A program made the position numbers and the translations under genes. A DNA stretch of 60,652 nt from a virus (taxonomy: Duplodnaviria; Caudoviricetes). The stretch spans positions 1 through 60,652 of IMG/VR virus record IMGVR_UViG_3300044630_001263; one strand, written 5' to 3'. Below are positions 1-10,575 of this stretch, piece after piece. The notes under the pieces were generated by a model. The model was not told the origin of the DNA, did no database searches, and saw only the letters and a program-made list of their open reading frames with translations. Positions within the stretch are counted from its first letter, which is position 1. Each line of letters opens with the position of its first letter.

Positions 1-831
1 ACACGTTTGGGTAACTACACACAAATTAACTCTAAGACTGTTACAGTTACTGGCACTAAGCGTGCTGTTGACCAAGCAGGTGTTGCTGACGAATACGCTT
101 ACCAGCTCAAAAAGCGTGGTACCGAACTTCGCCGTGACGTTGAGTTCGACTTGGTAAACAGCTGGAAATCTTCTAATGGCTCTGGCACCCGTACTTTCGG
201 TGGCTATCAAGCTTGGGTTAACTACACTGCTGCTAGCACAACTCCTGCTACTGCATTGAACGTATTGGCTACTCCCGGTGAGTACACTGCTCCTACTAAT
301 CCAGGTGGTGGTGTTGCTGGTACCTTTACTACTGTTACTTCTGCTGACAAGACCTCTTTGGCTTTGTCACATGTTGACACAGTTATGCAAGGCATCTATG
401 AAAACGGTGGTAAGGCAACTAAACTGATGTTGTCTCCTGCTAACCGCCGTGTGTTCTCTGCTAAGGCTCAGTCTGCTGGCTCTAGCTCAAGCAATGCTGG
501 TGATGGTAACGTTCGCCGTAACATTGATGCTGATGGTAAGCTCCGCCAGTCTGTCGAGATCTATATGTCTGACTTTGGTGATATCATGGTTGTTCCTAAC
601 TATGTGATGGGTATTTCTAATACTGCCATTTCTGGTTTGGATAATGCAGCTAACTTCACAGCATTCTTGTATGACCCAATGTGGTTCAGCTACGCTAGCT
701 TGCGTCCCCTGCAAGAAGTTGACCTCGGTCAGCTTGGTGACTCTATCATCGGTCAGATCGTTGAAGAGGGTACACTTGAGTGCCGTAATCCTAAGGGTTG
801 CGGTATGATCTTCGGTTTGTCTGGCGCTTAA
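1..831 (+). CDS. Major capsid protein, C-terminal part (DUF5309/SU10-like), truncated at window start
   Basis: Frame open from base 1. Has RLGNYTQI, YQLKKRGTELRRDVE and IVEEGTLECRNPKG motifs typical of this capsid family. Followed by a strong terminator and follows the scaffold gene in circular order. Confidence 0.85.
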   Translation, partial: TRLGNYTQINSKTVTVTGTKRAVDQAGVADEYAYQLKKRGTELRRDVEFDLVNSWKSSNGSGTRTFGGYQAWVNYTAASTTPATALNVLATPGEYTAPTNPGGGVAGTFTTVTSADKTSLALSHVDTVMQGIYENGGKATKLMLSPANRRVFSAKAQSAGSSSSNAGDGNVRRNIDADGKLRQSVEIYMSDFGDIMVVPNYVMGISNTAISGLDNAANFTAFLYDPMWFSYASLRPLQEVDLGQLGDSIIGQIVEEGTLECRNPKGCGMIFGLSGA

Positions 832-854
832 TAGTTAGCTAACTAACCTATAAG

Positions 855-888
855 AGGGAGGTGAGGGAAACCTTGCTTCCCTTTTTTA
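855..888 (+). terminator. Rho-independent terminator after capsid gene
   Basis: AGGGAGGTGAGG-GAAA-CCTTGCTTCCCT stem-loop (with G-U pairs) followed by a T run. Confidence 0.85.
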
Positions 889-909
889 TTTTTATCATAA
901 GGAACACAA

Positions 910-1197
910 ATGGAATTTCTACGAATTACTGCTACTAACGGTACTCGAACATATATTCCTGATAATTATGTAGTTAATATTTCTACATCCGCAGACACAC
1001 TTGATGCTGGTAGTGACTACCGAGCACCTAACGTTATTCGTGGCAAAATTACTCAGGTGAAATATTATGATGGTGCTAACACTACGGCTGGAGCTATTGT
1101 GGTTGCGACTACTACAGCTTTCGACGGCTCTAATACAAAATATGAATACGGTTGTTTTACCGTTGACGGGTCTTTTAGTGCTGCAATGACTAACTAA
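910..1197 (+). CDS. Hypothetical virion-module protein
   Basis: 95 aa ORF with AAGGA ribosome binding site, in the structural operon. Confidence 0.7.
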   Translation: MEFLRITATNGTRTYIPDNYVVNISTSADTLDAGSDYRAPNVIRGKITQVKYYDGANTTAGAIVVATTTAFDGSNTKYEYGCFTVDGSFSAAMTN

Positions 1198-1211
1198 ATA
1201 AAAGAGGACAC

Positions 1212-1535
1212 ATGGGCTTTCTATCACAAGAGGGAAACAAAAATAGTTTCCAAGTAAAGACGGATGAAAAAGATTTCCGCTTAGAACAAGACGTAAGCGC
1301 ATACAAAGATTATGCTGCTCAACAAAGGGAGCTGGACTCCTTTGCCGCCAACGGTCGTACATACCGTTCATTTGCAATTATCCCTGATATTGTAGCTATT
1401 GATATCCTGACTAAGTATGGTCTTGATATTCACTCAGATACATTCATGCATGAACCTGCAAACCTAAGAAGATTAAAACAAATTATTGAAACAGACTATC
1501 CTTTACTTAAAACAAGTAACGTAAAGGCTCTCTGA
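1212..1535 (+). CDS. Hypothetical head-module protein
   Basis: 107 aa ORF with GAGGA RBS, between capsid and adaptor genes. Confidence 0.7.
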   Translation: MGFLSQEGNKNSFQVKTDEKDFRLEQDVSAYKDYAAQQRELDSFAANGRTYRSFAIIPDIVAIDILTKYGLDIHSDTFMHEPANLRRLKQIIETDYPLLKTSNVKAL

Positions 1536-1554
1536 TTTTACAGGAGAATAATTC

Positions 1555-2466
1555 ATGGCAACACCCCGATATGACGCACTCGTAGATAAAGTACGGGACT
1601 GGTCAAACAAACCCGAAGTAAATACTATTCCTGATAGCGTAATTGAAGATTGCCTAGACTATTCTGCTGATGAATGCTATCGACTTTTAAGAATACCTCC
1701 ATTAGAGGAAGTAGTTCGATACACAGTTACAGCTGACGATAACACTGGAGAAAATAGCGCAGGATTACCTTATGGTAATGCTTACACATCATTTTATATC
1801 CCAGAAGACTTAACTCAGTTTGTGTATATACGAACCATTGCACAGGAAAATACTGGCACTGCTTACTCCACTTTCCCTTCTAATGTAAGTAAAGTATTTA
1901 ACGAAGTAACTGATAAACGTACATTCTTTGACTTATATAGTGAGAAGTACTCAGTATACAACTGGATGTGGGAAAAGAACAAGATCTATATTCACCCACA
2001 GTTAGCTGTTGGCGCTATTGTAGAGATCCATTACTACAAACGACTACCCGCTTTGAATGCAATATATAATGTTTCACCTATTAACTATATTATTAGTTTG
2101 AGTGATGCTAATCAACCTTATGTTGAATTAGTAGAGTCTGGTGGCACTAACCTTTATTTTTCAACTAGTGCTGGTGTTACCCGATGCTTCTCTACTATTG
2201 AAGCGGCTACGGCATACAGCACACCTGTTACAACAAAGATGTATACAGGTAAGGAAGTACCTAATTGGTTAAGAGATCAAAATGAAAGAATGTTAATTTG
2301 GGGAGCACTATATAATCTAGGAGCCTATTTGTTCGATGAAAAAATGGAACAAAGGTATCAAGGTAAATTCCTAGAAAATATTGCTTCTGTTAACAGTGAA
2401 GAAAAATTCCGTAGAGCCTCTGGTGGTAATGTTCAAATTAACTTTAATACCAACGGCTTGATATAA
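1555..2466 (+). CDS. Putative head-tail adaptor (tail tubular protein A-like)
   Basis: Position after the capsid genes. LRIPPLE, I-x-P then YYKRLPAL, and NWL...LIWGAL patterns typical of podovirus adaptors. Confidence 0.65.
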   Translation: MATPRYDALVDKVRDWSNKPEVNTIPDSVIEDCLDYSADECYRLLRIPPLEEVVRYTVTADDNTGENSAGLPYGNAYTSFYIPEDLTQFVYIRTIAQENTGTAYSTFPSNVSKVFNEVTDKRTFFDLYSEKYSVYNWMWEKNKIYIHPQLAVGAIVEIHYYKRLPALNAIYNVSPINYIISLSDANQPYVELVESGGTNLYFSTSAGVTRCFSTIEAATAYSTPVTTKMYTGKEVPNWLRDQNERMLIWGALYNLGAYLFDEKMEQRYQGKFLENIASVNSEEKFRRASGGNVQINFNTNGLI

Positions 2467-2478
2467 CAAGGAGTAAGA

Positions 2479-5400
2479 ATGGCATACGAAGAAAAACCGG
2501 GTAGTACTAATGCCCCCTCAATTGGTGGAGAATACAATGGCGATGGTTCGTCAGGTACATCCTCATATCCTGTTGAATACGCTGGAACCAACGAAGACGG
2601 TGGTTATCAGATAGGTCCAGGAGCTACAGGTGATTTGTCTGCTGGTGGTGAATATGATAATTTAGAAACTGCTGACTCACTTAGCTATACAAACCTTGCA
2701 GCTCAAAGCGCGGGTGAAGCGGCTTTAAGTGCGGCTGAAGCTGCTCAATCTCTTGAAGACATTGGTAATGCTTTGCAAGAGGCAGAAGACTTTGCTGATG
2801 ATGCTGCTGCAAGTGCCGCAAGTGCTGCAACTAGCGCAACTTCCGCAGGAACATCTGCTACTAATGCGGCTAATAGCGCAACATCTGCAAGTACCTCTGC
2901 AACAACAGCAACAACAAAAGCGGCTGAAGCAGTAGTTAGCGCAGATAATGCCGCAACTAGTGCAACAACAGCAACCACCAAAGCAGCTGAAGCTTCTACT
3001 TCTGCTTCAAATGCCGCTACTTCAGCGTCTACTGCAACAACTAAAGCAAGTGAAGCTGCAACTAGTGCGACTAATGCCGCAAATAGTGCAACTACTGCTA
3101 CGACTAAAGCTTCAGAAGCAAGTGCTTCAGCAAGCTCTGCCGCAACATCTGCGACAACCGCGACAACACAAGCAGGAATCGCGACAACATCTGCGACAAA
3201 TGCGTCTAATAGTGCGACAGCCGCAAGTACTTCAGCTACAAATGCCGCAACTAGTGCTACAAGTGCTTTTAATTATGCTACAACAGCAGTTAATAGTGCA
3301 ACAACAGCAACAACACAAGCTACTAATGCTGCAGCATCTGCAACATCTGCTTCAACTAGCGCCACTAATGCGGCTACTAGTGCTACTTCTGCTTCTAATT
3401 CTGCAACCTCTGCTACCGCAAGTGCGGCTACTGCTACAACTAAAGCAGCTGAAGCAGTTGTAAGTGCTACGAATGCTTCTGATAGCGCATCTGCTGCTTC
3501 AACGTCTGCTACTAATGCCGCTGGATCAGCATCTGCTGCAAACACTTCAGCGACTAATGCGGCTACCTCTGCTACTAATGCTTCAAATAGCGCTACAACA
3601 GCAGTTAATAGCGCAACAACAGCGACAACACAAGCGACTAATGCAGCAGCATCTGCCGCAACAGCTACTACACAAGCGACTAATGCGGCTACTTCTGCTG
3701 CAACAGCAACAACCAAGGCTTCTGAAGCAGCATCCTCAGCGACATCTGCCGCAGGGTCTGCTACTACCGCTACAGATAAAGCGGCTGAAGCAGTTGTGTC
3801 TGCTAATAATGCGGCATCAAGTGCGTCTGCGGCTAGCACTTCAGCTACAGCAGCAAGTACTTCAGCGACTAATGCGGCAACATCTGCAACATCTGCTAGT
3901 GGTTCTGCAACAACTGCTACGACTAAAGCAACCGAAGCTGCTGCAAGCGCTCTTGCGGCTAGTACTTCAGAAACAAATGCGGCTACAAGTGCAGCTACGG
4001 CTACAACACAGGCAACCAATGCGGCTACCTCGGCAACTTCTGCAAGTAACTCTGCTACAAGTGCTTCGGATAGTGCCGCAACAGCAACAACTCAAGCGGC
4101 TAACGCTTCAACAAGTGCTACTAATGCGGCTAACTCATCGACATCTGCGGGTACATCCGCTACTAATGCCGCTGGTTCAGCAAGCAGTGCAACTACCAGT
4201 GCGTCTGCCGCCAGTACTTCTGCGACTAATGCCGCAACATCTGCTACTAGTGCGTCTACTAGTGCAAGTACTGCTACTACATCTGCCACATCTGCTATCT
4301 CAGCTCAAGCTGCTGCAGAAGCGGCTCGTGATCAAGCATTAGCGGCTTTTGATAACTTTGACGATAAATATCTTGGTGAAAAAGCAGTAGCTCCAACAGT
4401 AGATAATGATGGTAATCCTCTTCAGACTGGTGCATTGTACTTCAATACAGTAAGTAACTCAATGAAGGTTTACTCAGGCACAGCTTGGCTAGATGCTTAT
4501 GCTTCTTTGTCAGGTGCTTTGCTTGCAGCTAACAATCTTAACGACTTATCTAATGTTGTTACAGCACGAACTAATCTTGGATTAGGTACAGCAGCTACAA
4601 CAAACAGCACAGCATACGCAACAGCTGCACAAGGTACTCTTGCTGATAATGCTGTTAGTGCTATTACTTCTAATGACGGTAGTGTTGTTATTAGTCCAAC
4701 TGGAACAATAAGAGACCTCAGCGTAGGTCTTGCCGCAAGTACAGCTACATTAATCAGTCAAGTACGTAACGAAACAGGAGCTACACTTACCAAAGGTACT
4801 GTAGTATATATTAGTGGAGCCTCTGGTAACAAGGCTCTTGTTTCTAAAGCTATTGCTACAGGCGACTCTACCTCAGCACAAACTTATGGTATGGTTCAAG
4901 CTGACATTACTAACAACAATAATGGTTATGTAGTTATTATTGGTGTTGTAAGTGGCTTAGATACTTCTGCTTTCACAGAAGGTGCTCAACTATATCTTAG
5001 TGGGGTTACTGCAGGAGCTTACACAAGTACTAAACCTTATGCACCACTACACTTAGTTTATGTTGGTGTTGTTACACGTAGCCATGCTAACCAAGGTACT
5101 ATTGAAGTTAAAATTCAAAACGGTTATGAGATGGATGAGCTACATGATGTGTCTGCTCAGTCACCTGCTAACGGTGACACCCTTGTATACGTAAGCTCAA
5201 CAGATCTTTGGACTAAGACTCCTCAGTCAACACTGTCTGTGGCTAGTGCTGCAGCTGTGCCGTTTAGTGGTGTTACAGGTAAGCCTACTACATTGGATGG
5301 TTATGGTATTACAGACGCATATAGGTCAAGTAACCCAAGTAACTACATTAACACAGCCCAAGCTCGTGCTGCAATATCAGTTACAGGCGCAGGGTCATAT

Positions 5401-8400
5401 GATTCCGCTACTGGTGTAATTAATATTGTTGGTGGTGTAACTAGTTTTAATACTAGAACTGGTGCTATTAGTTTGACTTCAGGTGATGTCACTGGTGCAT
5501 TAGGATTTACTCCTTATAATAGTACTAATCCTAGTGGGTACATCACAAGCGCTGCGTTGAGTCCTTACCTGACTACTGCATCTGCGGCTAGTACTTATGC
5601 TCCGTTAACAGGTACAGGTGCTTCCGGTACTTGGGGTATTTCAATTAGTGGTAGTGCTGCGCAACTTGGTGGAAAAATAGCGCAGGACGCTGTTGGAGCA
5701 AATACTATACCAACTAGAAATGGTGATGGTTACTCATATTTTAATTACATTAATAGCAACACTGGCAATAGTGAAAACGCTCCTGTCTCACAAGTAATTA
5801 CTACTCAGGGCAGTGACGGATTTTATCGTAAAGCAAGCATTGCTCATTTTACTAGTGCTGTGCAGTCGAATGCTTCTGGAACTTGGGGTATTTCGATCAG
5901 CGGAAACTCCGCAACTGTAACTAACGGGCTTTATAAAGTCGGCACAAACGCCATACCTGCGTATGTATCGTTAAATACAACTGCCGATAACTGGATGTGG
6001 CTGTGGCAAGCTAGCAGTGGTAATGATTGGTATCTTGGCCCAACTACTGCTAATTTTGGCCTCGGTGGAAGTCGTCTTGCTATTAGCAGCTCCGGAAGTT
6101 CACCCAATGCTGAGTTAAGTATTGAACGAGGAACCACGCGGTTGTTGGAAATCCTGCAAGCCAACCTTCAATACAAAGGTAATGTAGTTCTCCACGCAGG
6201 TAACTACAGTTCTTACTCGTTGCCTTTGAGTGGTGGTACTATTTCTGGTGCATTAACTATTAATGCTGGCAGCTCGTACCCTCTACAAGTAAACAGCACA
6301 CAAAGATACATTGCCCGTTTTTATAACACCTCTGTAGCTGGTGCTGGCTGGTGGCTTGCCAATGATGCAAACACGTTAGTGTTCCATGCAGACTCGTCTG
6401 GCGATAAAGCGTCACTAAACACAGATGGCGTATTTATTACAACAGGCTCATTCCGGGCACCGTTGTTTTATGATAACAACGACACTGCGTTCTACACAGA
6501 CCCCGCAAGTACTTCAAATGTAAGCTTATTGCATGCTCAAAGTTTAGTTGTCACAGGCACTACGACAGATCGTAATGTTGTGAGGGTAATACCCAAGGGG
6601 GCTTCGGCTTCTTATAACAACACAGTTACTGGCGCGTTCAAGATTCGTTTGCCTATCCGCGCCAACGACACGATGTGGCGCATGACTGTAAAAATCTACA
6701 ATTACAGCGAAAACAATATCTCAGAGTACAACCTTGGAAATTACTCGTACTCTGCCGGGTCTTACAACTCAGCAGCTTCGTTCAATGGTAGTAACAACGC
6801 TACCGCAAGAACTGTTCGATTCGGAAACGATGGCTCTTATGACTGTGTTTGGATTGGCGAAACCGACGGTACTTGGAGCCACCCCGTAATTGCCGTAACT
6901 GATTTTGTTGGCGGTTATGCCAATGCATCCGGTGGAAATTGGGATGATAACTGGGACATTTCTCTAGCTACGTCCTTCGGTACAGTTGCTGGCACTATTA
7001 CCCCAGCTAATAAGTTCTACGCTGTCACAGCTGATAGCTCTATGTATTCCCCAATCTACTACGACAGCAACAACACTGCGTATTACACAGATCCAACTAG
7101 CACATCTCGTTTAAATTCAATGCTTGTTGGCAATGGGGCGTTTGCAGACATTCGGATGACTGATGATGAATCTCCAAACGGTCAAAAGTATATTCATGCT
7201 AACGGCAACAATATTGGCTTTTTAAGTGGTGCTGGTAGTTGGATTTTTCGAGTTGATAACGGTGGGACAGCCATTGCAGAATCATCATTACGTGCACCAA
7301 TTTTCTACGACAGTAACGACACTACTTACTATTTAGACCCAAATTCCTCTACAGCTGCAATTCTTGCTGGCAGTATTGGTGTTGGTACATTGTCGCCTGT
7401 TAATCCTGCTTGGGGTACCGCTTCTAATACCAAACAAATAACACTTCATGGTTCAGGATATGGTGTATTGAATCTTCGTGGTGACAGTACAACATCAACT
7501 TGGTATTCAATGGGCGTGGGAGATGGTCGTTTTTATGCTGCATATGACAGTATTGCTGGAGTTCACAGACTTGTATTTTATGGGGCTAATATGGGTGTTA
7601 ATGCAGGAAGTTCACCTGCTTACAACCTTCATGTAGGAGGTACAGGTTACGCCACTGGCGATTTTCGTGCACCAATCTTTTATGACGGCGACAATACGGG
7701 ATTTTACACAGACCCTGCAAGTACTAGTCGTATGAGCAACATTAATTACGACAATTTGTATTTTGCAGGTGATACTACTTACGGGTTAATTGGTAGAAAT
7801 GGCTACTTAGACACAGTTAATGGTCGCGGCAGTGATCCACTTGAGTTGAATTATTATGATGGTGGCCCAGTAAAAATTGGTAGCGGTACAAATGGAAGCA
7901 AAGCATTATACGCTTCAGAGCTCTATTCAACAATTTTCTACGACAGTGCCGATACAGGCTACTATTTAAATCCAAACGGCAGTTCACTTTTGTATGGTCT
8001 TGTTTTGTCTGGGAATCAATATTTCCGTCCAAACACTTGGATTCAAATGGATGGTAACTATGGTATTTATTGGCCGAGTTCAACGGGTACCCCACATTGG
8101 AATCCGAACAGCGGTACTTACGGCCCAATGGAGTTGTCTGGTATAAGAAATAGTTATTCGGGTATTAGGCTTCCAAGCTCCAATAACACAACTATTGGTA
8201 TGTTTGATAGCAGTGGTAACGGTGGTTTGTACAATTATAGCTATTGGATTTACTACTGGCTTGTAGGAAACGCTTGTCTTGGTGTTCGAACATCTTCAAC
8301 AAGTGCTTCTTATGCAATGTATGTTGATGGTGGTATTTACTCTACGGGTAACGTGGTTGCCTATTCAGACGCTCGTAAGAAAAGAGAAATTGTAACTGTT

Positions 8401-8685
8401 GACAATGCTCTTGCTACTGTTAATAAACTTCGTGGTGTATTTTATAAACGCATTGAAACAAATGACGAAAAGGTTGATCCTAACAAACGTCAAATTGGCG
8501 TAATTGCTCAAGAAGTAAATGAAGTTTTACCCGAAGCAGTTACTTATGCAAAGGATGTAGATGAGTATGGTGTACAATATGGTAACATGGCTGGTCTATT
8601 TATTGAAGCTATTAAAGAGTTGAATGCAACAGTTGAAAAATTAAACTCTAGAATAGAAGAATTAGAAAAGAAAGTTAACACATGA
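2479..8685 (+). CDS. Long tail fibre with Ala/Thr/Ser heptad stalk and C-terminal intramolecular chaperone (peptidase S74-like)
   Basis: 2068 aa. ATS-rich repeats, FDDKYLG...DNDGNPLQTGALYFN module, and SDARKK...IGVIAQEV...LFIEAIKEL chaperone signature with terminal coiled coil. Confidence 0.9.
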   Translation: MAYEEKPGSTNAPSIGGEYNGDGSSGTSSYPVEYAGTNEDGGYQIGPGATGDLSAGGEYDNLETADSLSYTNLAAQSAGEAALSAAEAAQSLEDIGNALQEAEDFADDAAASAASAATSATSAGTSATNAANSATSASTSATTATTKAAEAVVSADNAATSATTATTKAAEASTSASNAATSASTATTKASEAATSATNAANSATTATTKASEASASASSAATSATTATTQAGIATTSATNASNSATAASTSATNAATSATSAFNYATTAVNSATTATTQATNAAASATSASTSATNAATSATSASNSATSATASAATATTKAAEAVVSATNASDSASAASTSATNAAGSASAANTSATNAATSATNASNSATTAVNSATTATTQATNAAASAATATTQATNAATSAATATTKASEAASSATSAAGSATTATDKAAEAVVSANNAASSASAASTSATAASTSATNAATSATSASGSATTATTKATEAAASALAASTSETNAATSAATATTQATNAATSATSASNSATSASDSAATATTQAANASTSATNAANSSTSAGTSATNAAGSASSATTSASAASTSATNAATSATSASTSASTATTSATSAISAQAAAEAARDQALAAFDNFDDKYLGEKAVAPTVDNDGNPLQTGALYFNTVSNSMKVYSGTAWLDAYASLSGALLAANNLNDLSNVVTARTNLGLGTAATTNSTAYATAAQGTLADNAVSAITSNDGSVVISPTGTIRDLSVGLAASTATLISQVRNETGATLTKGTVVYISGASGNKALVSKAIATGDSTSAQTYGMVQADITNNNNGYVVIIGVVSGLDTSAFTEGAQLYLSGVTAGAYTSTKPYAPLHLVYVGVVTRSHANQGTIEVKIQNGYEMDELHDVSAQSPANGDTLVYVSSTDLWTKTPQSTLSVASAAAVPFSGVTGKPTTLDGYGITDAYRSSNPSNYINTAQARAAISVTGAGSYDSATGVINIVGGVTSFNTRTGAISLTSGDVTGALGFTPYNSTNPSGYITSAALSPYLTTASAASTYAPLTGTGASGTWGISISGSAAQLGGKIAQDAVGANTIPTRNGDGYSYFNYINSNTGNSENAPVSQVITTQGSDGFYRKASIAHFTSAVQSNASGTWGISISGNSATVTNGLYKVGTNAIPAYVSLNTTADNWMWLWQASSGNDWYLGPTTANFGLGGSRLAISSSGSSPNAELSIERGTTRLLEILQANLQYKGNVVLHAGNYSSYSLPLSGGTISGALTINAGSSYPLQVNSTQRYIARFYNTSVAGAGWWLANDANTLVFHADSSGDKASLNTDGVFITTGSFRAPLFYDNNDTAFYTDPASTSNVSLLHAQSLVVTGTTTDRNVVRVIPKGASASYNNTVTGAFKIRLPIRANDTMWRMTVKIYNYSENNISEYNLGNYSYSAGSYNSAASFNGSNNATARTVRFGNDGSYDCVWIGETDGTWSHPVIAVTDFVGGYANASGGNWDDNWDISLATSFGTVAGTITPANKFYAVTADSSMYSPIYYDSNNTAYYTDPTSTSRLNSMLVGNGAFADIRMTDDESPNGQKYIHANGNNIGFLSGAGSWIFRVDNGGTAIAESSLRAPIFYDSNDTTYYLDPNSSTAAILAGSIGVGTLSPVNPAWGTASNTKQITLHGSGYGVLNLRGDSTTSTWYSMGVGDGRFYAAYDSIAGVHRLVFYGANMGVNAGSSPAYNLHVGGTGYATGDFRAPIFYDGDNTGFYTDPASTSRMSNINYDNLYFAGDTTYGLIGRNGYLDTVNGRGSDPLELNYYDGGPVKIGSGTNGSKALYASELYSTIFYDSADTGYYLNPNGSSLLYGLVLSGNQYFRPNTWIQMDGNYGIYWPSSTGTPHWNPNSGTYGPMELSGIRNSYSGIRLPSSNNTTIGMFDSSGNGGLYNYSYWIYYWLVGNACLGVRTSSTSASYAMYVDGGIYSTGNVVAYSDARKKREIVTVDNALATVNKLRGVFYKRIETNDEKVDPNKRQIGVIAQEVNEVLPEAVTYAKDVDEYGVQYGNMAGLFIEAIKELNATVEKLNSRIEELEKKVNT
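2800..4320 (+). repeat. Low-complexity Ala/Thr/Ser/Asn coding repeat (about 7-residue period) in tail fibre
   Basis: Recurrent SATNAAT/SATSAST units; recurrent ACTAATGC(G/C/T)GC at DNA level. Confidence 0.85.
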
Positions 8686-9029
8686 GCATTACATATACAT
8701 TTAATATTCGACAGTTAAGCCGTACTAAAGTATATGGGATACCCGATATTGTTTCGCATATTCATTACGACTATGTAGGTACAAATGAGTCAGGTAATTC
8801 TTCTTTCTGTCAGGGAGTTGTTCCTTTTGAATTAAAACCAATTGAAACAACTAACCCTTCCACAGGTGAAGTTACTGTAACACCCGCAGTATTTGATCAA
8901 AACAATTATATACCTTACGATCAAATTACTGATGAGGTTATTTTAGGATGGCTTGATGATTCAGTATCTGAAGAAGTAATACAGATTTTCAAAAATATTA
9001 TAAGTCAAAAATTGACTGAACAGGAGTAA
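8682..9029 (+). CDS. Tail-fibre-associated protein, paralog of next gene
   Basis: Shares ITYT, GT(N/D)E(S/N)GN and (Y/F)IPYDQ(I/L)T-E-IL-W with 9032..9394. Confidence 0.7.
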   Translation: MSITYTFNIRQLSRTKVYGIPDIVSHIHYDYVGTNESGNSSFCQGVVPFELKPIETTNPSTGEVTVTPAVFDQNNYIPYDQITDEVILGWLDDSVSEEVIQIFKNIISQKLTEQE

Positions 9030-9031
9030 TC

Positions 9032-9394
9032 ATGGCAATTACATATACATGGGCTGTAACAGGCTTGAAGGTCACCAAAGTAGGTGACGAAACAGATTAT
9101 GTTGTACAAACATATTGGAAGAAAACAGGTACGGATGAGAACGGTAATACAGGTGAGTTCAGTGGTGCAACACCATTGGACCCTAATCCTGAACAATCTG
9201 ACTTTATTCCTTACGACCAACTCACAGAAGAAATTATTCTCAGTTGGATTCAACCTGTAGTAACTGGTTCTTATGAGGAGCATGTTAATTCACAAATTGC
9301 AAAACAAATTGCAGCTAAGATTGACCCTATTACAGAACCAGCTCTACCATGGGCACCTCCAACACCACCTGCACCAACACCTACTGAGGTGTAA
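9032..9394 (+). CDS. Tail-fibre-associated protein
   Basis: Paralog of 8682..9029; LPW motif near C terminus; AGGAG RBS. Confidence 0.7.
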   Translation: MAITYTWAVTGLKVTKVGDETDYVVQTYWKKTGTDENGNTGEFSGATPLDPNPEQSDFIPYDQLTEEIILSWIQPVVTGSYEEHVNSQIAKQIAAKIDPITEPALPWAPPTPPAPTPTEV

Positions 9395-9396
9395 TC

Positions 9397-9996
9397 ATGG
9401 CGGGATACTTAGGCAGTGGTACACTAGATCTTTCAAGTATTAATTCAGTGTTTGATGGTCGAGGTTTAAACTTAAACGCGTATCGGGGTACCCAATGGTA
9501 TACTGCTGCTGGTGGATCAGGTACGTTTCCAACTACCGCAATTTCGTTTAGTGATTTTTGGAATAAAGGACCTAGTCCGGCTGTTACAGTTTCTTTAGCA
9601 TCAGTAACTTCTAACGAGCCTTTTGCCGCAACACCTTATGCTGGAGGTGAACCGTCCACTGCAGAACTAAACTTTCTTTCTAATGGTACTTGGAGCGCTA
9701 CCCTCGAAGCCAGTGCAAGTAAATCCGGCAATTGGGCGACACCTACAACTACTAGCATTGGTGCGGGATACTGGATTCGGTTTACAAGAACATTTTTCTC
9801 TGGCGGGGCAGGCAACTCGGCAACAGGGTCTACTGGGTGGCTGCAGTTAAATACTACTCAGGGAATTTTTGTTTCGCGCACCAGCGGTTTTGGCGTCACA
9901 ACAGCAGATTACACAATAGAGATTTCTACTAATAGTGCAGGTTCAAATATTGTGGCTAGTGCATCTTTGATTACTCTGACTGCGGCATATTATTAA
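9397..9996 (+). CDS. Putative tail-tip/fibre-associated protein
   Basis: 199 aa, Gly/Ser/Thr-rich and beta-type, with an N-terminal SG-L-LS-IN...ISFSDF motif seen in fibre accessory proteins. Confidence 0.55.
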   Translation: MAGYLGSGTLDLSSINSVFDGRGLNLNAYRGTQWYTAAGGSGTFPTTAISFSDFWNKGPSPAVTVSLASVTSNEPFAATPYAGGEPSTAELNFLSNGTWSATLEASASKSGNWATPTTTSIGAGYWIRFTRTFFSGGAGNSATGSTGWLQLNTTQGIFVSRTSGFGVTTADYTIEISTNSAGSNIVASASLITLTAAYY

Positions 9997-10077
9997 AATA
10001 AAAACTGTTAAATTTATATTTAACAAAATAGGAAGTCACTACCTAACTTTAGTGACAATTTAAAAAGGAAAATAATC

Positions 10078-10326
10078 ATGGGAAAAAATGAAAAGACCCC
10101 CGTAACTATTGATGGCGTAGAATACAAATACGAAGACATGACTCAACAACAACAAATGTTTTTAAATCATGTTGCAGATCTTGATCGTAAGCTTGATTCA
10201 GCAAAGTTTAATGTGGACCAACTTCAGGTAGGTCGTAATGCTTTCTTTGCTTTGCTTAAACAAGAATTAGAAAATAAACCACAAGAACATTCTAATGTTC
10301 AAGACGTAGAAGTAAAGGCACATTAA
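10078..10326 (+). CDS. Hypothetical coiled-coil protein
   Basis: 82 aa ORF, RBS AAGGA. Confidence 0.65.
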   Translation: MGKNEKTPVTIDGVEYKYEDMTQQQQMFLNHVADLDRKLDSAKFNVDQLQVGRNAFFALLKQELENKPQEHSNVQDVEVKAH

Positions 10327-10329
10327 CAA

Positions 10330-10575
10330 ATGAACACCACTCAAGAACAAGAAGATATAAGTCACTCACAAATATATGAACGACTTCTCGCAGTAGAAGT
10401 TAAAGTAGATAAGCTAGACAAAAGTACAGAGGAAGTCGTTAAGGCTTTCAATGCAGCTCAAGGTGCATTCATTGTTCTTGAATGGTTTGCCAAAGCAGTT
10501 AAACCAGTAATTATTATTGGGACATTCTTTGGAGCCATATGGCTAGCTATAGATAATAAGCTACATTTAAAATGA
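10330..10575 (+). CDS. Small membrane protein (lysis-region candidate)
   Basis: Coiled coil followed by a C-terminal hydrophobic segment. Confidence 0.6.
   Translation: MNTTQEQEDISHSQIYERLLAVEVKVDKLDKSTEEVVKAFNAAQGAFIVLEWFAKAVKPVIIIGTFFGAIWLAIDNKLHLK

Noticed and set aside
2729-4342. Alternative-frame and antisense ORFs inside the long tail fibre
   Set aside because: They are by-products of the Ala/Thr/Ser codon repeats.
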